23,087 bases of DNA from assembly GCA_003133025.1 (NCBI GenBank), contig PKZK01000223.1, forward strand, positions 1 to 23,087, given 5' to 3'. The notes below the pieces were generated by a model. That model was given only the letters and a program-made list of their open reading frames with translations, made no database searches and was not told where the DNA came from. Below are positions 1-7,967 of the stretch, in pieces; the first letter of the stretch is position 1; each line of letters begins with the position of its first letter. A program made the position numbers and the translations under genes. The DNA comes from Vulcanimicrobiota bacterium. Lineage in GTDB: Bacteria; Vulcanimicrobiota; Vulcanimicrobiia; Vulcanimicrobiales; Vulcanimicrobiaceae.

Positions 1-692
1 ACTTCACCGGTTCCGCTCAATTCGAGGTCGAGCGGGCCCGCGATGCGCGCCGCGTCGCCGGCTTCGAGCCGCTCGCCGTTGGCGACGATCGAACCGCTCC
101 CCACGAAGAGAAACGCCAAGCGGCCCGGCGGAAGCGCTCGCGCGAGCGTCGCACCGTCGACCCGCGCAACGTACGCGGTGGCGTCTTGCCAGAGGGCGAT
201 CTTGCTCTCGACGCCGCGTTGACCCGACGCGATCGGTAGCCATCGGTTGAGCCGGTCGTCCAGCGTGTAGTCGACCTGGCCATATCGCGGCGCGAGGCCG
301 GCGGCCGTCGGCAGCACCCACATCTGCACGAAGTGCACCGGCTCGTCCGCCGAGTGGTTGTACTCGGAATGCGTGATGCCGGTGCCGGCGCTGAGGTATT
401 GCACCCCGCCCGGCCGCACGACGCCCACGTTGCCCATCGAGTCCTTGTGTTCGAGTTCACCCTCGAGCACGTAGGTCAGGATCTCCATGTCGCGGTGGGG
501 GTGCGTGCCGAAGCCCTTGCCCGCTTGCACGGTATCGTCGTTGAACACGCGCAGCGCGCCCCAGTTGAGATTCTGCGGGTCGTGATAGTCGGCAAAGCTG
601 AACGAGTGGTGCGTCTGCAGCCAACCGTGATCGAAGGCGGCGCGCTCGCCGGCGCGCTGAATGGTGAAGGCGGGCGTGGTTTGAATCGGCAT
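1..692 (-). CDS. Pirin family protein (YhhW/quercetinase-like), 3' end runs off the window
   Basis: Not in the ORF track. Manual translation from ATG at 692 gives MPIQTTPAFTIQRAGERAAFDHGWLQTHHSFSFADYHDPQNLNWGALRVFNDDTVQAGKGFGTHPHRDMEILTYV, with the pirin HSFSF and HPHRDME metal motifs. GAGG SD just upstream. Confidence 0.93.
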   Translation of the reverse strand, partial: MPIQTTPAFTIQRAGERAAFDHGWLQTHHSFSFADYHDPQNLNWGALRVFNDDTVQAGKGFGTHPHRDMEILTYVLEGELEHKDSMGNVGVVRPGGVQYLSAGTGITHSEYNHSADEPVHFVQMWVLPTAAGLAPRYGQVDYTLDDRLNRWLPIASGQRGVESKIALWQDATAYVARVDGATLARALPPGRLAFLFVGSGSIVANGERLEAGDAARIAGPLDLELSGTGE

Positions 693-750
693 GGTGCCTC
701 GTACAACCGCAGAGGGGTTGCAGAGCGTTTCACCCGTCGGCGTTCTCGAC

Positions 751-2964
751 CTACGTGCCCTTCTCAGCACCGAAATAATGGATAAACTTCAGCACGAAGC
801 CCGGCGTGGTCGAGAGCTGGCTCGCGTCGCCGTAGCCCGCGTAGATCTCGTCGTGCGGCGAGCGATGGTGGTACGCGGCGGAGAGATTCCAAGCGCCCGT
901 GCAAGGCGGCGCGATGCCCGGGCGTACCACGTACACCGTCGTGCAGTTGACCGGCGCCGCGTTGAAGATCAAGGGCGGGGTCCCAACGATGCGGCGCACC
1001 CCGAGCGCGAACGAGGAGTCGGCCGAAATCGTGTATCCGTAGCTGGCGCGTTCGAGCCACTGCACGTTGGTGCCGCCCGCGTCGAGGTACTGACGCGTAT
1101 CGTCGGCTTCGAGCGAGAGCGTGCCGCGCATGCCGGCGCGCATCGTGGTCGCGCGTTGCCACGAGTCGAGGCGGCCCGGCCCGAAACGTCCGGTGTTGAA
1201 CGTGATCGAGGTCGGCGTCGAGGAGCCGCCGTGGTTGGGGAAGTTGCCCGCACTGTTGGCCGTGCCGCTATGCCACACGAGCCCGACACCGTTCTGGGAA
1301 ATGGGCGAAAAGATGCACGCGGCGGCCACGCAACCCGACTGCTGCAGCAGATAGCTCGAGCCGATCGAGGCCTGCACGTCGATGCGGCTCTTGGTCAGCG
1401 CGTCGAAGTTCAGGGCGCTATCCGACTGGTCGAGCGCTCCGAACATGTTGTGGTAGCGATCGATGAAGCCGGACACGCCGACGCTGTTGAAGGGCGATTT
1501 CTGATCGAAGGTCACGATCTTCACCCCGTAGAGGCCGTACCCCGCAATATCGGGATGCTGAACGAGACCATCGGCCGGATCGTAGTAGAGTCCCACCTTG
1601 CGCGACGAGAACGCTATGCCTTCGTTTTGATCGTAGAGAAAGAAGCCGCCGTCGTAGCGTTGGGCCTGATTGGGAATCAGCACCTGGTTTCCGCTATCGC
1701 TGCCGTAATCGAAGTAGGCGTCGAGATGCTTGCCGTCGTTGTACGAAAGGCCGTTGGCGAAGGTATAGTCGTGCACGAGCGGCGCGTCGAACTGGCAGTT
1801 CGTCGTGCCGGCCAGATTACAGTTCGCGGCGATGTTTTCCATGAAATAGCGCCAATGGTTGTCGCTGCTGGTATAGCCGAATGACTCGGCGGCATCGCTG
1901 CGTCCGTCGCCGACGGCGTCGAAGGCTGCGAACTGCAACTGTCCCTGGTGACCCGCCGCGGCAAAGCCCTCGCGGGGCGTCGGGATGTTCGGCGAGTACA
2001 GGTTCGAGAGCCCGGGGCACGCGTCGCAATCGAAATTGTCGAAGTAGTTGTTTGCTTGCGTGAAAAACGGCCGTACCTCGGTGAAAAAGCGGGGGAAGGC
2101 GGTAGGCGAGATCGTCGATTGATCGACCTCGACGTTCGAGAAGTCCGGGTGTACCGTGCCGAAGAGCGAAGCCGTCTGCGTAATCGGCAGCGAGAAGTCC
2201 GCGCCGGCACGTGAGGTGGTCAGGCCCGAGGCGGGCGAGCCCAGGGCGCCCAGGCCGTAGACGCCGACGCGCGGTTTGGGTTTGGCGGCGACGGCGGGCT
2301 TCATGCCTTTGAGCGCGCCGGCGAAGGTGACGTCGTCGCCGTTGCTCTGCGCGGGCGAATACGACCAGATCTGCCGTTCGCCCGTCGAGCGCACGACGCG
2401 CACGAACTGCACCTTCCAATCGGCGCCGCTGCCCGTGCCGCGCATGATCTCGAGCGGAATCTTCATCGTGACCGTGAAACCGCCGTCGTAATTCGCGCCA
2501 AACGACTGCCAGGTGGGCTGGTAGCCCGTGTTCTCCGACGAGTACTGGAAGTGCGTGCCGTTCGACGTGGCCGCGAATTGATAGAAAAAGCCCTTATTGC
2601 CGTTGGGCCAGAGATCGACCCAGACTTCGTCGTCGGTTCCGTCGCCCACGTTGTTGGCGTGTTGCGCCTGCAACAGCGTCTCGCGTTGCTTGACGTCGAA
2701 CCGTGCGTAGAAGAACTTCCCGTCGGTCGCGAGGCGGGCCGTAGACAACTCCGACGACGGGCGCTGGTGCTGCACGTCCCAGGGAAGCGCGACGCCCGGA
2801 ACGGCCGTCCACGCGGCGGCATCGGCCGTTGGGTCGAGCGAGGGCGCCGCGGTCAGCGTCGTGATCGTCAGCGTGCCGAGCGTGGGGCTGAGTTCCGCCG
2901 CAGCAGCACCGGAGCCCGCCAGCGCGAACGCGAGCGCGGCAGTTGCAAGCATCGTGCGCATCAT
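751..2964 (-). CDS. Secreted or outer-membrane protein, CBM9-like N-terminal domain plus DUF5916-like region (737 aa)
   Basis: Signal peptide MMRTMLATAALAFALAGSGAAAA; CBM9-like segment (ARLATDGKFFYARFDV...DDEVWVDLWP); HPDFSNVEVD...FFTEVRPFF matches the DUF5916 PDFxxVExD...ExRPFF motif; beta-strand-rich C-terminus. ATG overlaps the upstream TGA (ATGA). The ORF-track extension to 3576 overlaps another gene. Confidence 0.7.
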   Translation of the reverse strand: MMRTMLATAALAFALAGSGAAAAELSPTLGTLTITTLTAAPSLDPTADAAAWTAVPGVALPWDVQHQRPSSELSTARLATDGKFFYARFDVKQRETLLQAQHANNVGDGTDDEVWVDLWPNGNKGFFYQFAATSNGTHFQYSSENTGYQPTWQSFGANYDGGFTVTMKIPLEIMRGTGSGADWKVQFVRVVRSTGERQIWSYSPAQSNGDDVTFAGALKGMKPAVAAKPKPRVGVYGLGALGSPASGLTTSRAGADFSLPITQTASLFGTVHPDFSNVEVDQSTISPTAFPRFFTEVRPFFTQANNYFDNFDCDACPGLSNLYSPNIPTPREGFAAAGHQGQLQFAAFDAVGDGRSDAAESFGYTSSDNHWRYFMENIAANCNLAGTTNCQFDAPLVHDYTFANGLSYNDGKHLDAYFDYGSDSGNQVLIPNQAQRYDGGFFLYDQNEGIAFSSRKVGLYYDPADGLVQHPDIAGYGLYGVKIVTFDQKSPFNSVGVSGFIDRYHNMFGALDQSDSALNFDALTKSRIDVQASIGSSYLLQQSGCVAAACIFSPISQNGVGLVWHSGTANSAGNFPNHGGSSTPTSITFNTGRFGPGRLDSWQRATTMRAGMRGTLSLEADDTRQYLDAGGTNVQWLERASYGYTISADSSFALGVRRIVGTPPLIFNAAPVNCTTVYVVRPGIAPPCTGAWNLSAAYHHRSPHDEIYAGYGDASQLSTTPGFVLKFIHYFGAEKGT

Positions 2965-3860
2965 GGCGTCGCTCCCTCGCTCGCGGCGGACACGATCTTC
3001 ATGGTCTTCAGCCGGATCAATTGCTCGAGCGTGGGATGTGCGAACCCGTGCGCTTCGACGCGCTCGATGAAGCCCGCGTCGATGCCGACCGAGCGCAGGC
3101 GCAGCACGTCCTCGAATCCGAGGTGCGCGTACCCGGCGTGCCCGAGGCCGAGCACGTAGGGCGCATCGACGTGCAGAGCGCGTGCGCGGATCGCATCGTC
3201 GGGCCCGGACAGGGGCAAACCGGCATCGCGCAGTTCCGAAAGGTATTGCGGCGACACGCCGAGCGAGCGCAGCGGAATCAATTGCTCGGGATCGATCGGT
3301 TCGGGCGCCGCAAATGCCGCTTGCATGGCGCGCATGTAGGGTCCGTCGATGCCGAGCGAGCGCAGCACGATCAGCATCCGGTACGAGAGGTGGTGGTAGC
3401 CCGCGCCGAACACGTCGTCGACGAAGTGCAGCACGAGGTTGACGACCGCAGCGAGCACGATGTCCGAGGCGCTGAGGTTGGTGAAGCCCCGTTCGCGCAT
3501 GCCCGCGACGAACGCATCGTTCGGCGTGAAGAGGAACGTGCCGGCGCCGTGGCTGCGACCCGCAAGTCCGCTGCACGCGAACGATCCGGCTTCGCGGCGC
3601 AGCACGAACTCGACCTGGCGCTCGCGCTCGGCGGCGAGCGCGTCGCGCAGGCCCAGCGACTCCGGATCGACCGGGAAGCTCGACGTGTCGCTCGAACCCT
3701 TCGGTTCGTCGACGACGAGCGTCAGATTTGCGCCCGCGCCGTTCGTCGACGTACGAATCGACCAGGTTCCGGGCACGTCGGCGAGCGCGGCGGGGCTCGT
3801 CAGGGCGAGTTGAACCAGCAGCAGTGCGCCTGCCGCGATAAAGCGAGCCGTTTTGAGCAT
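2961..3860 (-). CDS. Secreted protein with six ~29-aa helical repeats (299 aa), function unknown
   Basis: Signal peptide MLKTARFIAAGALLLVQLALTSPAALA; repeats such as YLSELRDAGLPLSGPDDAIRARALHVDAP and YVLGLGHAGYAHLGFEDVLRLRSVGIDAG; ATG overlaps the M56 stop (TAATG). Confidence 0.8.
   Translation of the reverse strand: MLKTARFIAAGALLLVQLALTSPAALADVPGTWSIRTSTNGAGANLTLVVDEPKGSSDTSSFPVDPESLGLRDALAAERERQVEFVLRREAGSFACSGLAGRSHGAGTFLFTPNDAFVAGMRERGFTNLSASDIVLAAVVNLVLHFVDDVFGAGYHHLSYRMLIVLRSLGIDGPYMRAMQAAFAAPEPIDPEQLIPLRSLGVSPQYLSELRDAGLPLSGPDDAIRARALHVDAPYVLGLGHAGYAHLGFEDVLRLRSVGIDAGFIERVEAHGFAHPTLEQLIRLKTMKIVSAASEGATP
2985..3512 (-). repeat. Protein-level tandem repeat, 6 units of 29-31 aa, in the secreted protein
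   Basis: Units start FVAGMRERG, FVDDVFGAG, YMRAMQAAF, YLSELRDAG, YVLGLGHAG, FIERVEAHG, each followed by an L(R/K)x(L/V)G(V/I)-like segment. Confidence 0.75.
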
Positions 3861-5950
3861 TACAGGATGCCGGTGACCTTGAGTCTGGTCAGCTCGTCGA
3901 CGCTGAGATGATGCATGCCGTGAGCGGCCGCACGGTCGATGAATTCGCCGTCTATGCCGATGGCGCGGAGTTGCTGCACCTGCTCGATGGTGAGATTGGG
4001 ATAGCCGGCGCGAACCAAACCTCGCACGTAGTCCGGGGACACGCCGACCGCGCGCAAGCCCTGCACGTCGGTCGGGCGCAAGTTCTTGAGCCCCGCCGAC
4101 GTCAGCCCGTCGACGTAGTCCGGCGTCACGTGAAGCGCTCGCAGCCCGGCCAGTTCGTCCGAATCCAGAGACGTTCCGAAGCGTCTGCGCATCGCGCCGA
4201 TGTACTCGGGTTCGATCCCGAGCGCACGTAATTTGATCAGATCGTGCACGGTGGGATGGGTCAGTCCCTCGCGGCGCAAACCGGCGATGAAGTCTCCGGA
4301 GACGCCGACCGACTTGAGCGCGACCAGATCGTCGACCGAGAGGTGCGAGTAACCGGCGCGGGCCAGTTCGTCGATGTAGTCGGGATCCTTGGCGTCGGCG
4401 ATGACCTCGGCTTTGTTGCTGGCCGCGTCGTGCAGTTGGTCGGCCAGATTCTCCTGGACGTTCGCAGCGTTCTCGGCGGCGAGCGCCTTGCGTTCGAGTT
4501 CCGCCGCAGCGCGCTGGACTTGCGCCTCGTTCACGATGACGGGCGCGGAGGGCACGATGATCAGCCGCAGGTTGGGATGCGGCGCCACCGGCGGATGCGG
4601 CGGCGACACCAGCGGATTCACCGCATGCAGCGTGACCTCGGGCGAGGCAGCGGCCGAGGGCGCGGGCGCCGGGACGGGCGCGGCAGGCGCGGTGGCCAGT
4701 TCGGCGGTGGCGGTTGCGAGCGCGACGACGGCGGCCTTCTGTTTTGCAGCGGCCGATACCGACTGCGCCTTCGGCGCGGCCGGCGAGGCGTGCGCCGCAA
4801 CCCCGGGCGCAGCGGGCGGCTGCGGCGGCTGGACGGTCACGTCGTAGGCGATCGAGGGAGACACGAGCGCGGCTACTGCGCCCAGCACGGCGACCACGGC
4901 CACCGCGGCGCCGGCCGGCCCGAACGAGGTGCGCACGCGAACGTCGCGCTGTTTGGAGAGCAGCCGTTCGATGCGAATCGACATGCCGCGCCGCGTGACG
5001 AACGCGCCGGGCGCGGTCATCGCGCGATGGGGCCACGCGGTGGTCTCGGCGACTCTCGCGAGACACGTCGCGTACGGCAGCGCATCGTTCTGTTGGAGCA
5101 CCCAATCGTCACAGGCGACTTCGCGTTCGAGATCGAGCTGACCGACGAGCCAAATGATGCCCGGGTTGAAAAAGAGCAGCGCTTGCGCGAAGCGCTCGAT
5201 GGCGTTGAACCAATCGTCGGCGCGGCGCAAGTGGGCGAGTTCGTGCAGCACGATGCTGTCGATATCGTGCGGATCGAGTTCTTGCAAGAAGCGCTCGGGC
5301 ACGAGGATCATCGCATCGAAGAGGCCGACCGCGATCGGGATGTCGATCTCCGGCGACGTGCACAGGCGCACGGAGTGCGAACCCGACGAGGCCGTCGCCC
5401 AGCGCCCGAGTTGCGCGCGATACTCGACGGAGAGCGGCAGCGCATCCCGCTTGAGGCGCTCGAGGTGGAGTAAACTGATCGCGAGACGGATCACCACGAA
5501 CGCCGCGCCGGCAAACCACAGGCCTGCGAGCACGAAGGCCAGCGCGCGCGGAATCGACAGGTTGAAGCGCGAGAACGTGGGCACCGAAAACGCCGGCGCG
5601 GAAGCAGCGGCCGACGGCGCCGCAGCGGCCGCTCCGTCGGGCACGCGCTCCGGCGCCGTCCGGCCCGTCGTGCGCTGCGGCAGCGAACTGACCGCGCCTT
5701 TGGGCAGCGACACGTCGTTCGCCGTCGCCGCGGCATCGGGCACGTGGCGCAGCGCGAAGCTTGCGGTGACGACGGGAAGGAGTAAGCTCGCGAAGAGCGC
5801 CGTCGCCAGCACCGAGTGTCGCGTCGTCGCGTTGGCGCCGGGCTGGAGGCGCAACACGAGCCAGGCTGCGAACGCGAAGAGCGGGGCCTGCCAAAGCCCG
5901 TCGATCAAGGTCGCGACGACGAACCGGACGACCGTTTCGAACTGCTCCAT
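3860..5950 (-). CDS. M56 family (BlaR1/MecR1-type) membrane zinc protease with Pro/Ala linker and C-terminal 29-aa repeats
   Basis: N-terminal TM helices, HELAH zinc motif, FFNP, EREVACDD and RIERLL motifs; directly downstream of blaI (TGATG overlap). No penicillin-binding sensor domain. Alternative GTG start at 5953. Confidence 0.9.
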   Translation of the reverse strand: MEQFETVVRFVVATLIDGLWQAPLFAFAAWLVLRLQPGANATTRHSVLATALFASLLLPVVTASFALRHVPDAAATANDVSLPKGAVSSLPQRTTGRTAPERVPDGAAAAAPSAAASAPAFSVPTFSRFNLSIPRALAFVLAGLWFAGAAFVVIRLAISLLHLERLKRDALPLSVEYRAQLGRWATASSGSHSVRLCTSPEIDIPIAVGLFDAMILVPERFLQELDPHDIDSIVLHELAHLRRADDWFNAIERFAQALLFFNPGIIWLVGQLDLEREVACDDWVLQQNDALPYATCLARVAETTAWPHRAMTAPGAFVTRRGMSIRIERLLSKQRDVRVRTSFGPAGAAVAVVAVLGAVAALVSPSIAYDVTVQPPQPPAAPGVAAHASPAAPKAQSVSAAAKQKAAVVALATATAELATAPAAPVPAPAPSAAASPEVTLHAVNPLVSPPHPPVAPHPNLRLIIVPSAPVIVNEAQVQRAAAELERKALAAENAANVQENLADQLHDAASNKAEVIADAKDPDYIDELARAGYSHLSVDDLVALKSVGVSGDFIAGLRREGLTHPTVHDLIKLRALGIEPEYIGAMRRRFGTSLDSDELAGLRALHVTPDYVDGLTSAGLKNLRPTDVQGLRAVGVSPDYVRGLVRAGYPNLTIEQVQQLRAIGIDGEFIDRAAAHGMHHLSVDELTRLKVTGIL
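3863..4378 (-). repeat. Protein-level tandem repeat, 6 x 29 aa, forming the C-terminal domain of the M56 protease
   Basis: YIDELARAGYSHLSVDDLVALKSVGVSGD / FIAGLRREGLTHPTVHDLIKLRALGIEPE / YIGAMRRRFGTSLDSDELAGLRALHVTPD / YVDGLTSAGLKNLRPTDVQGLRAVGVSPD / YVRGLVRAGYPNLTIEQVQQLRAIGIDGE / FIDRAAAHGMHHLSVDELTRLKVTGIL. Confidence 0.9.
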
Positions 5951-6336
5951 CACGAGTTCTCCTTCTCGTACTTCGCGATCAGCGCTTTGATCGAGGCCAA
6001 CTCGTCTTGCGACGGACGCTCTTCTTCCATCAAGCGCACCGCGAGCGCGGTTTTGCTATTCGAGAAGAACGAGCGCACGATGTCGGTCACGGCCGACGTC
6101 GCCGCATCGTCGCGTTGCACCAAGGCGTAGTAGATGTGAGCGCGACCCTCGGGAGTACGAGCGACGATTCCCTTTTGTTCCAAAATCCGGAGCATGGTGA
6201 GCACCGTGGTGTAAGCCAGCGGCGGGGGCGGCAGGGCGGCCACCACGTCGGCGACGCTTGCCCGCTCCTTCGCCCAGATCACGTCCATGATCCGCAGCTC
6301 GGCCTTGGTCAGGTGCTTGGTCTTCTTGCTCGCCAC
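5950..6336 (-). CDS. BlaI/MecI/CopY family transcriptional repressor (128 aa)
   Basis: LTKAELRIMDVIW...LAYTTVLTMLRILEQKG...GRAHIY winged helix; GTG start at 6336 after a G-rich SD; paired with the M56 protease. Confidence 0.93.
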   Translation of the reverse strand: MASKKTKHLTKAELRIMDVIWAKERASVADVVAALPPPPLAYTTVLTMLRILEQKGIVARTPEGRAHIYYALVQRDDAATSAVTDIVRSFFSNSKTALAVRLMEEERPSQDELASIKALIAKYEKENS

Positions 6337-6354
6337 GGGTCCCCCACGGGTCAA

Positions 6355-6372
6355 CTACTAGAAATCTAGTAG
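6355..6372. promoter_or_regulatory. Putative BlaI operator 1 (CTACTAGA-AA-TCTAGTAG)
   Basis: Perfect 8-2-8 inverted repeat, AT-rich in a high-GC background, over the predicted blaI transcription start. Confidence 0.75.
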
Positions 6373-6373
6373 G

Positions 6374-6402
6374 ACCATACATCGACTCCGTCTCCCTGTC
6401 AA
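6374..6402 (-). promoter_or_regulatory. Sigma70-type promoter for the blaI operon (TTGACA-N17-TATGGT)
   Basis: Minus strand: TTGACA at 6402-6397, 17-nt spacer, TATGGT at 6379-6374. Confidence 0.7.
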
Positions 6403-6417
6403 CTAAAACTTTAGTAG
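6400..6417. promoter_or_regulatory. Putative BlaI operator 2 (CAACTAAA-AC-TTTAGTAG)
   Basis: Same geometry and TAGTAG half-site as operator 1; overlaps the -35 hexamer. Confidence 0.65.
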
Positions 6418-6453
6418 AATGCCGGCGCCGCCGGCCGAGGCGCAAGATCGACA

Positions 6454-6490
6454 GACAAGTACCCTTGACATAATGACAAGCGTACTTTAC
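6454..6490. promoter_or_regulatory. Tandem putative XRE operators GACAAG-N4-CTTGAC (6454-6469) and GACAAG-N4-CTTTAC (6475-6490)
   Basis: Two imperfect palindromes repeated at 21-bp spacing, overlapping the -35 and -10 of the rightward promoter. Confidence 0.6.
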
Positions 6491-6493
6491 ACT
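6465..6493 (+). promoter_or_regulatory. Sigma70-type promoter (TTGACA-N17-TACACT), probably giving a leaderless mRNA
   Basis: TTGACA 6465-6470, TACACT 6488-6493, ATG 6 nt later at 6500, no SD. Confidence 0.7.
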
Positions 6494-6499
6494 CGTGGC

Positions 6500-6889
6500 A
6501 TGGAAAGAAACCGGCGTCTCGCTCAGCGCAGCTTCGTACTCTGGATGAGCGCATATGTGGTCACCGTGTTCGTGACGACCTGGTTTTTCAACAAGGGCTA
6601 CGTGCCGCAGGCGTTGCGCATTCCCGTGGGCCTGTTGCCGATGGTGCCCGCATTCGTCGCGGTCTTTCCGATCGTGGACGCTTACCGTAACCAAGACGAA
6701 CTGCAGCGGCGCGTGCAGTCGGAAGGCATCGTCTTCTCGTTCGTCTTGACCGCGCTGCTCACGTTCTCGTACGGCTTCCTCGAAGCGTACGCGAACTTTC
6801 CCAAGCTCAGCATGTTCTTCGTGTGGCCGGTGATGGCCGTGCTCTGGGGCGCGGTGGGCCAGCCGCTCGCGGCCCGACGCTACCGGTAA
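6500..6889 (+). CDS. Small 4-TM membrane protein of the type commonly paired with XRE regulators (129 aa)
   Basis: Four hydrophobic segments with a central DELQRRVQSE loop; start chosen at ATG 6500 from promoter position. Confidence 0.8.
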   Translation: MERNRRLAQRSFVLWMSAYVVTVFVTTWFFNKGYVPQALRIPVGLLPMVPAFVAVFPIVDAYRNQDELQRRVQSEGIVFSFVLTALLTFSYGFLEAYANFPKLSMFFVWPVMAVLWGAVGQPLAARRYR

Positions 6890-6891
6890 GC

Positions 6892-7089
6892 ATGAAGAAT
6901 CTGCTGCGTCAACTCCGCGCCGAACGCGGCTGGTCGCAGGCCGACCTCGGCGCGCAGCTCGAGGTCAGCCGCCAAACCATCAACGCGCTCGAGGTCGGCA
7001 AATACGATCCGAGCCTGCCCCTCGCATACAAGATCGCGCGACTTTTCGAGCGCACGATCGAAGACATCTTCATCTTCGAAGAAAGCTGA
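6892..7089 (+). CDS. XRE/Cro-CI family HTH regulator (65 aa)
   Basis: MKNLLRQLRAERGWSQADLGAQLEVSRQTINALEVGKYDPSLPLAYKIARLF is a typical HTH_3 sequence. Confidence 0.95.
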   Translation: MKNLLRQLRAERGWSQADLGAQLEVSRQTINALEVGKYDPSLPLAYKIARLFERTIEDIFIFEES

Positions 7090-7094
7090 TAACC

Positions 7095-7967
7095 ATGCTT
7101 CGCATCCTCGCAGCGCTCGCGCTCGGCGCGGGCCTTAGCTTCCCATTGCCCGCCGGCGCCGCGCCGCGCACCATCCAACTCGAGGCGGCCGTCGCGAGCG
7201 TAACCGGCACCGGCCCTCGCGCGATCGTGCTGCTCCCCGGTCTCGGGTGCGGGCCGTACGAATTCGAGGGCATCGCACCGGCACTCGCGGCCAAGTACAC
7301 CGTCTACGCCGTGCGCTTCGCAGGCTTCGACGGCGCGCCGCCAATCAAGGGACCGTACCTCGACGCGTTCGCCAAGAGCGTGACGGACCTCATCGCCCGC
7401 GAACATCTGCAGAAGCCGATCCTGATCGGGCACAGCCTCGGCGGACACCTCGCGCTGCGCGTCGCCGCGACCATTCCGGCAAACGTGGGCGGCGTGCTCG
7501 CGATCGACGCGGTGCCGCTCTTCCCGCTGCCGCAACCGGGCGAAACGCCCGCGTCGCGTCAGCAGGGCGCAGCAGCCTTCCGCGATGCGTTGCTCGCCGT
7601 GCCCGACGACAAATATGCCGCGCAGTCGAAGTTCTTCATCGCCCAGCTGGTGACCGATCCGAAGAACGTCGATCTCGTCGCACAACACAACGCGGCGAGC
7701 GATCGCGCCACCGTCGCCGGCGCCTCGTACGAGATGTCGATCGACGATCTCGGCCCCTCACTGCCGAACATCAGCGCACAGATCGAGGTGCTCGCTCCGG
7801 CGCCCGACGACGCCCAGGCCAAGGAATACGCCGCGTTCTATACCGGTCTGTATCGGGGCGCGCCGCACGTCCACGTCACCGCGATCGCGCCTTCGAAGCA
7901 CTTCATCATGTACGATCGGCCCGACGCGTTCGCCGCCGCCGTCAACGCCTTCTTAGCCACGATCTAA
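7095..7967 (+). CDS. Secreted alpha/beta-fold hydrolase
   Basis: Signal peptide, LLPGLG oxyanion region, GHSLGG nucleophile elbow, C-terminal SKHFIMYD catalytic His. Confidence 0.9.
   Translation: MLRILAALALGAGLSFPLPAGAAPRTIQLEAAVASVTGTGPRAIVLLPGLGCGPYEFEGIAPALAAKYTVYAVRFAGFDGAPPIKGPYLDAFAKSVTDLIAREHLQKPILIGHSLGGHLALRVAATIPANVGGVLAIDAVPLFPLPQPGETPASRQQGAAAFRDALLAVPDDKYAAQSKFFIAQLVTDPKNVDLVAQHNAASDRATVAGASYEMSIDDLGPSLPNISAQIEVLAPAPDDAQAKEYAAFYTGLYRGAPHVHVTAIAPSKHFIMYDRPDAFAAAVNAFLATI

Noticed and set aside
691..1884. Long ORF-track ORFs antisense or off-frame to real genes (e.g. 691-1884+, 4244-5473+, 10142-11830+, 17558-18916-, 19721-21280-)
   Set aside because: Arg/Ala/Gly-rich with no motifs; typical shadow ORFs of high-GC DNA lying over well-supported genes.
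2965..5105. ORF-track N-terminal extensions (751-3576, 2961-5105; likewise 7247-9592, 7964-9730, 16547-18868, 18088-19857) suggesting giant fusions
   Set aside because: The extensions overlap neighbouring genes in other frames; real starts are marked by signal peptides, SD sequences or stop/start overlaps.
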